Below, piece by piece: positions 41,301 through 53,150 of a stretch of 64,000 nucleotides of DNA (within the stretch, counting starts at the first letter, position 1; each line of letters opens with the position of its first letter). The notes beneath the pieces were generated by a model that saw only the letters and a program-made list of their open reading frames with translations, did no database searches and was not told the DNA's origin. The stretch is from Tubiluchus corallicola. Its lineage: Eukaryota; Animalia; Priapulida. Location of the stretch: assembly GCA_030141605.1 (NCBI GenBank), contig JAQGDQ010000268.1, positions 247,951 to 311,950 of the forward strand, in the 5' to 3' direction. Position numbers and translations under genes: made by a program.

Positions 41301-44300
41301 TATAACTTACTATTCATCACTAATAGTAACCAAATGTCTATCTTTGAACGTTTTGGAGTTAGAAGCCTCCAAAGTACAAGACCGTTTCTTTTAGTGTCCC
41401 GGGACAGTGGAACAAAGTGTGAAATTGTATAAAAATGTTCAAAATGCTGTTAAAGTGACCTAAAAAAAATCATTTTTGAAAGCATGGCAGCTGCATCCAG
41501 TCAATCCCCTTTTTCTCGGCTACCAGACCGGACTGTAAATTACATAATACATATATACATATTTGATGAAAAACAGCATCTTGGCTTCAAAATGTGGCTA
41601 AAAACCAGTTGGTAAGATGGTGCGTTTTCATTATTTTTAGTTCAAAATGCAAGCAAATTACTAAAATTTAAGAAACTAAATTAAATTGACTAATTTGTTG
41701 TTGCATACTTTGAGCATTTTTCACAAAAAGCACATTTTTTTCAACAAAATAGTATTGGAAGTACACGGATACCTAGGGTATTCAAACCCAAAATTCCCAG
41801 GATAAAAACCTTTTTAAACCAACTCCTACACACATTTTCTTAAAGCACTCTGACCATTCTTTATGAATCATTATTAAATTTTATGCAAGTTTTGATTTTT
41901 GCACTGCTTTTTAAATAAAAGATGTGAAATATTGCTTTATATTGTCAATGGGAAAATTGCTTTGTCCAAAATATTACACAATGCAATAGTTTCCTATAAA
42001 AGATCATCATTTTCCATAGGAAACATGAAACAGATTTATTTGAATACAAACTGACACTTAATACAATCTGCCACTCACTTGTGGTGCTTGGGCGTACTAA
42101 ATATTGATGACAGTACGTCTATAAGTCATGAGAGTGAGAGTGGCATCAGAACCTTTATAAGCAAGCATCTAGTACTCAGTGATAGGCCTAGTTACATACA
42201 GATGGTTGGGGCAGTAATGGACCTTCTCTCACAATCAACAATAATCCTCTAAGACTAAATAAGGAGTCATTAGAGGTACCTCAAGCATGTAAAGATTTGA
42301 ATACATCTTAATCAGTACGGCAAATAAAAGTGTTAACAAGAACTTTCAATTGTGCCGAAAGCCCGTCCAGTTAATGACAAGGCTCAGCAATGCATAACTA
42401 AATAAATGTTGTTAGTTTGGTATGCAGAATTATAACAAATAATTCTGATAGTTTTGGTAAGTCAAATTATTGTCAATAAGGTACTAACAGTTTGGTTATT
42501 TATAGCTAACATGTTAATCATTGGTACTAAGTTTTGTTTGTTGAACAAAGCTATTGTGAATACAATTCAAAAGTCAAAACAAAACGTTAGCATAATCATT
42601 GAATCTTCCATGGAAACGTTGTCAAGTACCCCAGTACTTCAATGGAAAATGTGATCAATATCAGTTAGCAACACATGAAATATTCAGAAACTGCACTAAG
42701 TCATTAAAGAAATAGCAAACTATCTAACAATTCTAATCAGCTAATAGCTGCATTTCACCTTCACTTGAATAATGACACTAAAATGGTGGGTAAGCCAGCT
42801 CCAATTGGGCAACGTTTGCTGTCACGTTAATGTCAAGAATCTGGACAAAAGACAAGTAGTTGAAACCAATCCCAGTACTTCTACATGAATGACTCGGTCA
42901 ACATTGAAAAGAGAGAACACAAGGCGATATTGCAGACTTTGTACACTGAGCTAGATCAACAGAGATTAAATTAACTGCCAGTGTACACAACACCTAGGAG
43001 AATTTGATAAATTTTGAGAATAAACCAATGTAATTACACTCGACTGTGATCGAGGCAAAAGAACAGTTTGAAAATCGAACAGAAAATATGTGCAAACGTT
43101 GCAAGGAACTTTTGTTTTCTTCAGTTATAAATGTCTAATGGCTGCCTTTCTGTGAATTAAAAAAGACTCGTGGTAAAGTAAATAACTTTTACAAATGCAT
43201 AACACAGACAATTTCTTCAAAATTTGTGCTAGTTGATATAGCTCTATCTTTAATCTATAGACCTGAAGATTTAATTAAACAATTTGGCCTTACTTACTCA
43301 TTGACACAAATATATAAGCAAATGAGATGACTTGTGATGTCCTGACAAGTGTAAAAAAATTCATTCACCTTACATAAGGAAGACCAAATGGACATTTGCA
43401 AGAGCAGGTACATCTTAAATTCAAACATGGAGACTCAAAATTCAAGTCGTCCCACTGCAGCTTTTTTAACAAAATAATAAACTATTATAACAATAAATAA
43501 GGTACAAATTGACCTTCAAGTCGTCCCTTTTTGAAACTTAAAGGGCAATTTGACCTCTTTTTACTGTCATGACCATGGCAAATCCCAGAACAGCACTATC
43601 TTATTTTAATTCTAAGGCATCACACGTGGCTTCCAAGCAACTACGGCAAATAGTTCAATTCAATTTCCATTGCATTTCAGACAAAAAACATAAATAACGT
43701 AGATGATAAAAAATAAACAATAATACATAAAAAAAGATAGTAGCAGTTGTGCTCGTTAACATTATCATTTATTTAATGAATCAAAAAATTGCTTACCTGG
43801 GGCTATGTTCAATTCCTTGGCTGAGGTCACATCACTGTGTCCAGTTGCCGAATTATTTTTGTGTAACTCTAATTTAATGTTTACATCACCTTGCACACTC
43901 GGTAAGATATTCACCACTACGCCATACTCGCTATTCGGCCGCACTATTTTTGGAGCAGCGATGATGTACGTGCTACAGAAAATGAACCCATACTTTGTAG
44001 TTAGTCATTTATGAAACAAGATTAACAAAGGCCAGCAAACTTTAAAATAAATTTTCAAAAGAACTTAAAACTTCAAAATAAAGTTACATTAGCTTGTAGC
44101 ACTTTAACTAGACCAAAGGGCTCACTGAGCTCAGGTTAGTAGAAGCAAAAAATTCTTAATAACATAAATAATTCACGTTAATGCCCAAGAGGCTGATACT
44201 ATTGCCAGAGACACACTATCCCAGCATGTATTAGTAGTTCAGAAATTTTTTTTTTGATGACAGACCTTAAGGACCCTTTTAACAACACTTTGTACAGAAA

Positions 44301-44896
44301 TGTCAAGAAATTTTACAAACTGTCTCAAAAGCAGATGTGCTTTACTTTAAAGAAGCAAATTATGTAAAGTAGACATGTTATACAATAATTCAAACAAGTG
44401 ATTCTAGAGCAGTATTGCAAAGTGGGGTCGGGGTTATAGCTGGCAGCAAACTGGAGAAGCGTAAAAAGCAAGAAATGGCGAATTTGTTCTTTTTGAAAAC
44501 GTTCAGTTTTTTTAATGCATTGTGTTAAATAAACCATTTAACGTGTACTTTTTAGATCTCATATTCGACTCGCTAGTGTTCAGAACACTACACAACTTGC
44601 TAGTGTTCTGAACGCTACACAACAAGCACCTAAACTATAATTTGGTTTTCATTTTACACGGTTTTTCTTTTACTGCAATATTTAATGCAGAAAATCAGAG
44701 AAATTAAACATCCTTCCCATATACAAATACAATTCAACTGGGAATAATTATAAGCTTTACTAAGGAAGTACATCAAATTTATATGTAAACAACTCAAAAC
44801 TTGTACTGTTTACTGGACTTACTTTTGTGCATTGACAGTGACAAGTACAAGTAAGAGCACCAAACATTCATAGTTGCCACACTGTAGTGATGCCAT
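8414..44896 (-). CDS. CD109: CD109-like thioester-containing protein (alpha-2-macroglobulin/TEP family), about 1448 aa with bait exon A or 1456 aa with bait exon B
   Basis: Exons 5'->3': 44823-44896, 43797-43972, 40852-41031, 40025-40095, 38129-38254, 35974-36013, 35065-35149, 34811-34904, 34266-34362, 33873-33979, 31802-31981, 30905-31069, 30256-30444, 29597-29746, 29289-29417, 28821-28884, [26140-26305 OR 25902-26091], 24771-24888, 23365-23571, 23019-23147, 21680-21821, 20453-20629, 20048-20129, 19295-19451, 17035-17115, 16636-16816, 16033-16238, 15130-15282, 13876-13935, 12353-12462, 10241-10421, 9493-9595, 8414-8580. All are GT-AG and phase-consistent (4347 or 4371 nt). Motifs: FIQTDKAIYKAGQ, EYVLPKFEV, YTYGKPVKG, AVDQSVQLLKSGNDIT, FPETW, PDTITSW, FRPFFVSLNLPYSVKRGE, GCGEQNM, GGFASTQDT, MTVVELHMPSGY, FDYY. 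Confidence 0.93.
8933..9249. mobile_element. hAT-type MITE
   Basis: Ends tagggat...atcccta; flanking 8-mers gttgtaaa and cttgtaaa (7/8 match, target-site duplication); internal ccggatc repeats. Confidence 0.7.
13529..13748 (+). mobile_element. tRNA-derived SINE
   Basis: A-box tagctcaatagt, B-box gttcaactc, body gagtcataccaaagacttaaaaat, and a (tta)n-like tail. Confidence 0.7.
14093..14221. repeat. 43-bp tandem repeat, 3 copies
   Basis: Unit tttgaa(c/t)gttcattacctatagaa(c/t)cattc(g/a)tgcaatgaacaa starts at 14093, 14136 and 14179. Confidence 0.9.
14760..15123. repeat. Degenerate ~22-bp minisatellite
   Basis: Consensus approximately ttgctaagctgaatgactcaac; the array runs to within 6 nt of the splice donor at 15129. 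Confidence 0.8.
17270..18582 (+). mobile_element. Non-autonomous DNA transposon with a decayed THAP domain (about 17529-17727)
   Basis: Broken frame MVKRCVWGTCNVVVHYPERLERGVRLISFPNPKK..LDKC..WVRACGRPH*QLN matches the THAP CxxxxC...FP...W signature. TTAA occurs at both approximate ends (Kolobok-like), but the boundaries are uncertain. Confidence 0.6.
19295..19451 (-). CDS. CD109: Exon carrying the thioester catalytic His
   Basis: (W)LTAFVAKSF...DGHFPEPGRVIHKDMQ. The His lies at the specificity-determining position about 100 aa after GCGEQ. Confidence 0.92.
20453..20629 (-). CDS. CD109: Thioester-site exon
   Basis: [34 protein letters not shown], with an intact GCGEQ. Confidence 0.95.
20776..20946. 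mobile_element. Penelope-like remnant with two inverted degenerate minimal hammerhead motifs
   Basis: + strand cGGATGAt-gacagtagactgctgtc-GAAAC (20916-20945); - strand gTGATGAt-gccagcagactgctgtc-GAAACGTC (20809->20777). Confidence 0.6.
23269..23325. repeat. (CT)n microsatellite
   Basis: Directly visible. Confidence 0.95.
23688..24344. mobile_element. MITE-like element
   Basis: Inverted ends gatttctattgca and tgcagtagaaatc. Confidence 0.5.
25902..26091 (-). CDS. CD109: Bait-region alternative exon B
   Basis: gtcgttttag|..|gttggt, 190 nt, phase 1->2. Encodes (C)RGCEPELVDFALQQFEDGMEMVAFKNTVVETSAPGETTDLAEPARVRKLFPETWLWLNASTT(S). Confidence 0.88.
26140..26305 (-). CDS. CD109: Bait-region alternative exon A
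   Basis: ttttgtaatag|..|gtaaga, 166 nt, phase 1->2. Encodes (Y)MAMPQNIAMRRGNLVPVSGNLIPTKGAVRETLQEVSRVRQVFPETWMWMNASTT(S). Confidence 0.88.
26411..26419 (-). CDS. Candidate 9-nt microexon (adds L-R-R) ahead of the bait exons
   Basis: Minus strand reads ctaat-atgaacatacattttccttgaaaaag|TGCGACGCT|gtaagt. It is phase-symmetric, has a consensus donor, and has no other AG between the branch-like CTAAT and the acceptor. Confidence 0.4.
26885..27030 (-). repeat. Dispersed repeat with a tRNA-like segment; second copy at about 7108-7220
   Basis: Both copies share cctggatttgaac...tttgga.tacaa (reverse B-box and anticodon-arm-like) and ttaaa(t)gcaatc. Confidence 0.5.
32116..32186 (+). mobile_element. 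tRNA-like SINE head or tRNA pseudogene
   Basis: A-box tagctcagctgg and B-box gtttcaaatcc, but only ctag/ctag of the acceptor stem pairs. Confidence 0.55.
32422..33102. mobile_element. PIF/Harbinger-type MITE
   Basis: Inverted ends agacctgttttgac..tttatcgctg and cagcgataaa..gtgaaaacgggcct, with tta on both flanks. Confidence 0.65.
35234..35734. mobile_element. TTAA-flanked (Kolobok-like) MITE
   Basis: ttaa|aggaaaacgggat ... atcctgttcccct|ttaa. Confidence 0.65.
37272..37878. mobile_element. hAT-like MITE
   Basis: Inverted ends caatggtgttagcaag and cttgctacgcatctg; GC-rich subterminal ccaggggc motifs. Confidence 0.5.
38875..39440. mobile_element. hAT-like MITE with cgaatc repeats
   Basis: Ends tagggat...catccc; internal tandem ttttcgaatccggatcgaatccaaatct; homologous to 2280-2870. 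Confidence 0.65.
41080..41410. mobile_element. MITE-like element
   Basis: Inverted ends ccattgtccc..gacact and agtgtcccgggacagtgg. Confidence 0.5.
44823..44896 (-). CDS. CD109: CD109-like first coding exon (signal peptide)
   Basis: MASLQCGNYECLVLLLVLVTVNAQ, with a hydrophobic core and V-N-A cleavage motif; donor gtaagt. An acceptor (ttacag) gives an exon start at 44917, implying an upstream non-coding exon. Confidence 0.85.
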
Positions 44897-45003
44897 TTTC
44901 TTTCTTCACCGGATCAACTGTAATTATGGGCTTTGTTAATCCATAGTTACAATAATATTCTTAAATGCAATAAATACCAAGCAAAGCAATAAAAGAAAAA
45001 CAT

Positions 45004-45350
45004 TAACCAACCAACCAATCAACCACATCAACATACCAACCAACCAACAACTATCCAAAACAACAAACCATTCAACCACACAACCGTGCAGGAAACTAAT
45101 CAACCAGACAGTCATAACAAAAGCTAGTGAACTAGCCAATAAACTAATTAAAAAAGCCCACCAACCAACTGGCTGACCAACCCATTAATAACCTACCAAC
45201 TAAAATAGAGCAACCAACCAATCAGCCAGCCAGCAAGCCAAACAAGCAACAAACATATCAGCTGACTGACTGTCAAGAAAATCAACCCACACATCAATCA
45301 ACTAATCAGCTTGCCAACCAACTACTGAGAACAAGCCAGCTAATAAACCA
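45004..45350. repeat. Degenerate (AACC)n simple repeat
   Basis: Directly visible; it explains the spurious W/L/V-rich ORF at 44936-45139. Confidence 0.85.
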
Positions 45351-45479
45351 AACTTCCAAGCTACTAAAAGTACTTAGTTACGCTATAAAATTTCTAAAAT
45401 GATGTAACTTATAGTCTGCATTGTTACGAAAGAAATACAACATAATACACGTTAATACAAACAACAATTTATCTCATTT

Positions 45480-46550
45480 GAATCTGAGTCAATCACAGAA
45501 TCTATATAATCTGATGCGTTCATTATACAACAATTATAGTCACACCGGCACGAATGTACGCAAAAACACAATAAAAAGGTGAAATAGATCAGATCGAAAC
45601 GCAAACATACATTCTAGAACCTCCACACACAACACGATTTGAAGTGAAATCGACCAGCACTCACGACAGGTGTTGATTCCCCTGTTAGCACTAAAAACAT
45701 TTAATATAAATAAACCGTGCGCTAACTAAACGAAAAAAACTCAACACCAACGGCAAAATAATTTCAACGAGTTGGATCCGTTTCCAAAAACTACAACCTG
45801 AAGCTAAAATTTGTCTGAATTCTGAAAAGCAGAACGCATAAACTATATGCACGAACTTTTCGCAAACTGTAGACTAGCGCAGTTTCATTACACAATGGCA
45901 AAAACTAGTAATAAGCTTGAAGTCGCAAAACAGGATATAAACACTTTTGTCTTACAAGGTGTCACGTAATTCTATAAGATGATTCTAGCAAAATAAACTG
46001 TTTTATCGACACGCTTAACGGATGCATAGGCGACTACAACGGATGCATAAGCGACTATGCGGTGCAGCCCCAACTACAATCCAAACAGCAAGCGGTACGA
46101 AGTCCGTCCGAACGTTAACGCTTTCACTGATGACGTCATGCTTACAGCAGGAAGGATTTCATCAAACAGTGCTAGCAACACTACATGAGCAAACAAATAC
46201 ATTTAACAAATAATTCTAGGTAAACACTGTGCAGTACACGTCAGCGTAATACGACACTTGATAAACTTGTACTGTAGAGTGCAATACCAGCCAAACAAAA
46301 ACTGAAGAGATCCAAGTGAATTATAGACAGCATTGATCTACCTACGCTTGTATAACAAATTTATACTTATTGATAACAGTGTTGCGCATGCCAACAAGAA
46401 TTACTAGTTACAGTGCAGGGGCGTGCGTAATGCGTAGTCTTTTTATCTATTGGCACTTACGACGTTATATATCAGTCTAAAGCGTACAATAATACACTGT
46501 ATGTAAACTGCAAAAAAAATATAATAATTATGGTGTACAAGATGGCTGCT
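45480..46550. promoter_or_regulatory. Probable promoter region of the CD109-like gene, possibly bidirectional
   Basis: Visibly more CpG than flanking introns. AP-1 TGAGTCA at 45485-45491, CRE TGACGTCA at 46131-46138, NRF1-like tgcgcatgcc at 46383-46392, YY1-like caagatggctgc at 46538-46549. Confidence 0.4.
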
Positions 46551-48229
46551 GACTGTTCAGTGTTCAAGCTTCTATAATCTTGCTTCTAATCAAGTGAAAT
46601 TCATTTTACAGATGCCTTGAAGATATGTGTATATTTTTTTAAATTGTGAATGTCAATAAAGAGCACAATGAAATAAATTGAAACAATTTCTAAGAAACTA
46701 AGCAAATAAATTAACTAGTGAAAATTTATGTACTCTGTGACTCAAAACATGGCTTTGCCTGCTTATCTGCTCAAAAGTATTTTTTAAAATTTTACCTAGT
46801 GAATGGTCAATGTTACCTTAACCTGAGATCAAGTTATTAAAAGTCCACCATGTGTAAATTGTCTACTTGTACTAGCTAAAGAGATCCTCCTGTACAGGTT
46901 AGCAGAAAAAATGTGTTACATCAGATCATTTTCAGAGCATCTAATGCAGTTAAGACTAGGTTATCGTATACGATTGATAGTTTAAAAGGGTTAATCGAGT
47001 AAATGGTTACCATAAATATCATTTATCTTAGCATTGGGCCATAGCATACTGTAACCAAAAAAAGTGTGTGCTAAATTTTACAAATTCAGCTTCAGAGCCT
47101 TATTTATGAAATTGCATTTTAGCGATGCAAGCTTATGAACCTACATGATACAAGGAGCAGTGCCTCCTGTCTCAGCACTGGACAGGAAATAAAAAGCAGG
47201 CAGCATTATTTTACAGTATTTTATAACACTGCCAGTTGCCCTTATTATGTAAGAGCTAGAGCAAAAACGGAAAACTATTAACTTCTTACATTTTTGTGTG
47301 TAAAAAAAGTAGGCACTGCCTTTCATCAACTAATCAATAACACATGTCCTGGCATGGCTAACTGTTAGCTTTATCTAGTGTTGTATGGTGTTTCAAATCA
47401 CAAACTTTGCTGCTGTGAAAGCCAGCCGTGACTCACTTACAAGCATAATTTATGCACCTGGAAATTTATGCTTCTGGCCTTCCTCATGAAATTTGCAATA
47501 ATTTTCAGCAAGCCAGCTAAATTTACTGTTTACAATAATTTGGGGAGCTTTGAATTTTACCATTATATGAATTGAGAGCAGACCATAACACACAGTAGCA
47601 GCAGCATATTGTTCTGCTGTCGGGTTCTCGCTGCCAGGGTGGTTGCAACAGCCCCTGGATGGTTTGAACCAGAGCTATCGGTAGGCCAGAGGCTTTAATT
47701 GGAATATCACATCCTGAAACGATATTAGCAAACCAAACAACTAGGAAACACTGACCAGCTTTGAAAGAGCGGTAAGAGTCCCGTCCAAAATCTTGACTAA
47801 CTTAGTAATTGCTAGATGTTTGAATAATTTGTTGGTGTGAAAAAAACCTTTGTAATTGAACCAAATAAGTGGCTAGCTAAATATAAAACATGAAGAAGAA
47901 TCTATCCTTGAGGGACTACGACATCTTCACATTGTACCAAAACCCTAACATGCAGGCTGCATATCTATGTCATTGAGTGAGTGAACGTTTGAACGCAAAA
48001 CAGGGTGAAGCTCAGCCCCGTAACAATATAGTTTAGTAACAAAGTGACTTTTAACAAAGCTATCTTTCAATATAATTCTGTTGTCAGTGTCATCAAAAAT
48101 GTCAAAACTTGTAAAAATGTAATTTCTTTTCCTAAAATGAAACAAAAAAAATTCCACTATGTGCAACAAATACATTTTACTTGGCAACAATTGGTTAGAT
48201 CAAGAATATATTGTTCTCTTTCTTTTTAG

Positions 48230-48262
48230 CTGACCACCCCTACGTGACATGGGTAAAAACAG
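48230..48262 (+). other. 33-nt microexon candidate (5' part of the POMK-like gene?)
   Basis: ttgttctctttctttttag|CTGACC...AAACAG|gtaagt, with near-consensus splice sites. Confidence 0.55.
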
Positions 48263-50187
48263 GTAAGTATTTAATTAGCTGGTACGTGATAAAAAGACTG
48301 TTGACAAAGATACTGGCAAAACGAAATTAAGTATAAGTTTCGGCCAGAGCACGTTCAGCATAAACCTGTGTGAGGCAATGTTGGTAAAACAGAGTTATAG
48401 AGCACGCACAATCTGTCTTATAATTATTAATGTAGTTACAGTTTCTTTACAGCCGTGAAAAAAGCTTCATAAGCTTATGGGTCACCTGACTTAAAAATAA
48501 TGATACCCAAAATAACTTTTTTAAGTGACAAGAAAATATTATACCAAACCTACTAGTAGTACTAGTAAGCTGTTTACATCGGTAAGCCGAAACAAGCTGC
48601 CACATAAAAGGTGTTTACTTTACCTGAACGTTGATTTCAGGTACAAATAGTATGTAACTACGACGGTCTCTGCAAATACTGTGCGTGAATACCATTATTG
48701 GTATATGTACTATAATATCATCTAAATTGAATCACTAGAGAAACATCACGTACAGCGTAATGCTCCCGCAACCTATACAAGCTGAGGCTGCAATTTCACG
48801 CCAATTTGCAAACGTGTTGTAGCGGCATCTAGTAACTATTTCTGCAACATTTTGCGAAGCCATTTATTGCGGATCCAAACGCTATACGTAAGACACATCG
48901 TGTTTCAGTCTGTGTTGAGGCTAATGTAGGTAATCGGTATAATGACCAGCTTAACATGTATCTTTGTATTCGTAACTAGATTTAGTTATTACTATCCCCG
49001 CGTAACTTTGTTGTGGAATGAGATGTTTTTCTGGCTAATGTAAACTTTTCGGGACTATACGTAATTTAGTTTGGGCTGTATAAAATTGTTGTTTATAGCT
49101 GTTCAGTGAATTAAGCGTTACACTTTAGTTATGCGCATAGGTCCGAAACTAGGGTAAACTCGATGAACGGTTATGCAAATACAGGTTATCCTGCTATAGA
49201 GTTATTGAAGCCAGGCTATTAGACAACCGGCTTTGGAGGTTTTGACACAGAGATGTGTGGAGAACGACTTGGCTCATGGCAAGAGAGACTCGCAGGCAGA
49301 TATATTGCTGGACAGTTTTTTAACATATGTCTTGCTTCTTTGCACATAAATCGTGCAACTTTAGTTGGCTCTACCTAACGCTAATGTTCAGTGAAAGTTC
49401 CAACTACGTGGTAGTGAATATTTGTTTGGGCAGTTCTAGTATCAAGCCCAGTTCACCATTTGTTTACATCGAGTTATATTGTGACATCTGACGTGATAAC
49501 CCAACTACCGGTCTACCAACGCAGGACGCTCCCGGGAACGACTCCCGTCTGTTTATGACATCGCAGTTCAGCTGTGCTCAAAACACCCGGGTGTGCACAC
49601 CGATGTTGTGGATCCGCCACCTTCGTCGTCATGCTGCCGCCGATAAGTATTGCTGGCGTATACTTCCATTGATGCAGAGACTGTAAGTGATAAATTCTGG
49701 TTTCATTTACTTAACTACTAGGCGACCGCCTGTTGCTTCCTTTTGTTCAACGATACATGTTTTGACTGGCAGGAGACTAGTGGTAAAACTAAGGCTCAAC
49801 GGAAAGAGCTGGTAGCCTACTTTACAACCTCGTGTGGATGGAGCTTTACTTCATGGACTTAATGTTAACAAACACTGGTGAACCATTAGATTATCTTTTT
49901 TAGCCAAAGAGAACTTTTGGGTATTGTTTGTAGCATCTGAAAGTATTTCCGGCCTGTAAATTCTGAGTAGTGTAGCAACACATGTTTATTCAACGGGTTC
50001 CCGGATACAAATTAACTGCTGTCACTTGGTTTGAACTAATTTTATATCATCAATGTTTATGAATATTAAAGTATTATCTTATCATAAATACTGCATAAAA
50101 TTAGTTTCACGTTTTGTGTTCAAGGAATATGTTGAGTAAAAACTGAGTAGTACGACACACGCTACAAACAATAAGAGCGCTGATTGC

Positions 50188-52270
50188 TCATACTTGATTG
50201 TGAGATCCGCCCCACATTACAATCGGTACTTCGCCTAACCCATCCTCGCGGTCTTGGGATAGGACAGCCCCAATCTCTACAAAGCTAGCATCAGTTGTTA
50301 ATATGAATTGTTTGCTAAAATCGGGTGAGTGAAGTACTGTGTCTGATGTAAGTGCGGAAGCTTTTCTCGCATGCATCTGTCGCTGTGAACGACCGAAAAT
50401 TATAAAAAATACATTTAATTTGCAATTAGATTAATAACCTGTAAAACCGCTATTACTGTAGTAGATATGGTTTCTATCTATCTGTTACCTATTCTAAAAT
50501 GGGTTTAACCTAATAGTGAACGGTTGCTCTAGTTTTGCTATATTCTGTACTAGCAGTTGGCTTTTACAAGACATTATATGCAGACATCATTTTACCTGTA
50601 TTTCTGTGGAAGCTTCTGTATCAATAAACGTTTAAAGTATATTCTACTGTTATTCTTTTTGTCAACACGACAGCATCTGACCAGGTTACTTGAACTGGAG
50701 CATACTTTTCGGTTAGTGAGATTAATGGGCTGCTATTGTGCTGAAGTGCGGATGAATCTGCGATAGAATCCAACCATCCCAAGAAATCTGCGAACCTGTG
50801 TCTTGGTCAGTGGTCGGGAGCAATTACGGATTTGCTCTATCTTGGAGGTTTTGGTTTCAGCCTGTTTTTTCCCACCATGTAGCCAAGAAAATTCGTTTCT
50901 TGTAACGCAAAATGACATTTATTTGGCTTTATGTTAAGCTAGCCTTGCGCACATTCGAAAACGCATCTTTGACATGAGTCAGGTGTTTTGACCATTCGGG
51001 AGACTTGATAATTACATCATCAATGTAGCCTTGAGAACTGTCCGCTACTGGTTCAAGTATTTTGTCCATTAATAACTGGGCAGTACTGGCAGCATTGACT
51101 AAACCGAACTGCATTACAGTAAATTCAAACTTTCCAAAATCGGTAATAAATGCTGACACTGATTGAGACTCTTGAGGTCAACTCTATTTGCCAGTATGCT
51201 TTCGTCATGTCCAAAGTAGACATCCATGCGGCTAGATATCCAAATTGGGAGGGTTGCTGCAGACCCAGCATTCTTTTAAAGCAGCTAGTGGTCTCTGCAC
51301 CGGGTATCCAAACATTAGTTCATTGGGGCTATAATCAGTCGACTCTTTGGGGCACCTCCCGGTATACGAAGAGGACAAAATCTTAAGCTGTGTCCCAAGA
51401 TAATTGTGCATCATCTTCTGTGCGATGTATAGTGGATGCTTTAAGGGTCTGGTTCAAGCGTTCTGTGAGCCCATTAGTGGAAGCTGAGTACGGAGAAGTA
51501 TAAATTGCTTTAACACCTAGTGATTGCTCTAATTCACGGATGATGTGAGCCATGAACTGAGGGCCACGATCAGTTAGGATCTGACCCGGAATATCTGGTT
51601 GTCTCGATGTTCTGCAGCAGATAACAGTTCCTGGTCAACCAACACCAATGCATATTTTTTGCCTGAAGGTGTCCTTGGCAAGGGACCAATTAGATCCATA
51701 CCGATCATGCAAAATGCTCTGTCAGGTGTTTCCAGTGGTTTACGCTTGGCACGATCTGTATGACATACACGAGCAGTTCGTTGGCACGTAGGACCGGATT
51801 TACAGTACTGTCTTATGCTCCACTTTACATGAGGCCATATGTACTCCAAAAGTACTCTGTCGGTTGTTTTGTTAATTCCAAAATGTCCCGAGAGTTTGTT
51901 ATCATGGGAAAGACTGAGCACTTCCTTTTTCCGTCCCTTGGGCAGAACTAAAAGTGAACGAGGGTTTGCAGCTTTCCTGTCATGAGAGAGATAGTAAAGG
52001 ATGCCATCCTGCAAAAAGTACCGGGACATTTACCGGCAGACAATGCCTTCTTTGTCCACCTCGGGGTCACTTTCAGGGTCTGAAGTTGTCCCTCGCTTTA
52101 TCAACTTCCTCAACAGTAGTACGGAGACTTGCGACTTCATAAATTCGTTCCATCAGCTAAACACGAGTAACTGATGACTCAAAATCTAGGCCTAATTTTC
52201 TGACAACTTCGAACAAGTCATCTATTTTCATCTGTGTCAGCTGAACTAGAGAATATCGTGCATGCTCCAC
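50188..52270 (-). mobile_element. Internally deleted, decayed Gmr1-like Ty3/gypsy LTR retrotransposon (gag N-term, IN, RT, RNase H)
   Basis: 5'->3' on the minus strand: gag-like start (QLTQMKIDDLFEVVRKLGL); integrase (H..GHFG..WP..C; MDLIGPLP; TDRGPQF; NGLTERLNQTLK; SPNELMFG); RT (STLDMTKAYWQ; QFGLVNA; YIDDV; FLGMVGFYRRFI); RNase H (PDFSKQFILTTDAS..IGAVLSQ). An unrelated insertion sits at about 50380-50725. Confidence 0.88.
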
Positions 52271-53019
52271 CATTAACATTATTATTACTGTTCTATGCAT
52301 TAATAGTTGTTCTAGAATGGAGCAATAAAAGTATTTGTTTATTTATTTATATAGCGCAAGTTGTGATTACTATATTACGGTCACGCTTCCTCACAAGAGC
52401 GGCAAAGATCAATCGCTCTGACAATGTCAAGGTCAATTTCTAACCACTTACTCAGCACCAAGTTACGCAGTTTATGCTATTAAGAAGTGACCAGCAAGGA
52501 CAATTAGTAAAATTTATATGGTGTTTTGTATAGTGGTAGTACTTATTGATGTCTTATTGATGTGACAGTGGCTGTTTATTGGCGTGAGGTGATGACAAAG
52601 CTAAAGCTCAATTTAAGCAAAACCAACACTAACAGTGCAGCAATGAAGCCAAATAATTCTGCGATGTTCATTGAGCAGCTTTAAAAAGCAAGCGTCTCAT
52701 GTCTCCTCCAAATAAAAGTTTTATGATAAATTATTCTTAACGAAAATAAACTTTTTTCTCGACCGAAAGACAAGTTTTCACTACAGGGCCATAAAGTGTA
52801 AACTAGCTTGAATGAGCAAGTACAAATACACTGGGAAGATAAATTGCAGCCCTAGAGTAAAATATTATATGTGCTTTAACTTTAGCTACCTACTGCAAGC
52901 CTACCTAGTATGGCTTCTATGCCTTAAAATATCGAGTAGCACCAGTCAAAACAGACGTTCTGATAACGTGAAAATACTCGCTGAACAGGAAGTGTAAATG
53001 AGGTCAGGCACAGAAAAAA

Positions 53020-53150
53020 TTCTGACACCACTGTAATAATCTGTCTGGCCCAAAGCGCTGTAAATACATTTATGTCAGAATGGCAAGATTATCACTAGAA
53101 CACTGGTGCTAACCTACCACAAATACTTAAAGAAACAGCAAGCTTTATTC
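53020..53150 (-). mobile_element. LTR end and primer-binding-site junction
   Basis: Minus strand ...AATAAA...ATTATTACA-g-TGGTGTCAGAA: a canonical CA end followed by a TGG tRNA primer site. Confidence 0.5.

Noticed and set aside
46022-46213. 63-aa ORF as the first exon of the kinase gene
   Set aside because: No hydrophobic anchor, it stops before the nearby donor, and it starts with a 21-bp duplication. Another frame (VNAFTDDVML) hints at a LINE RT scrap, which also weakens the CRE site there.
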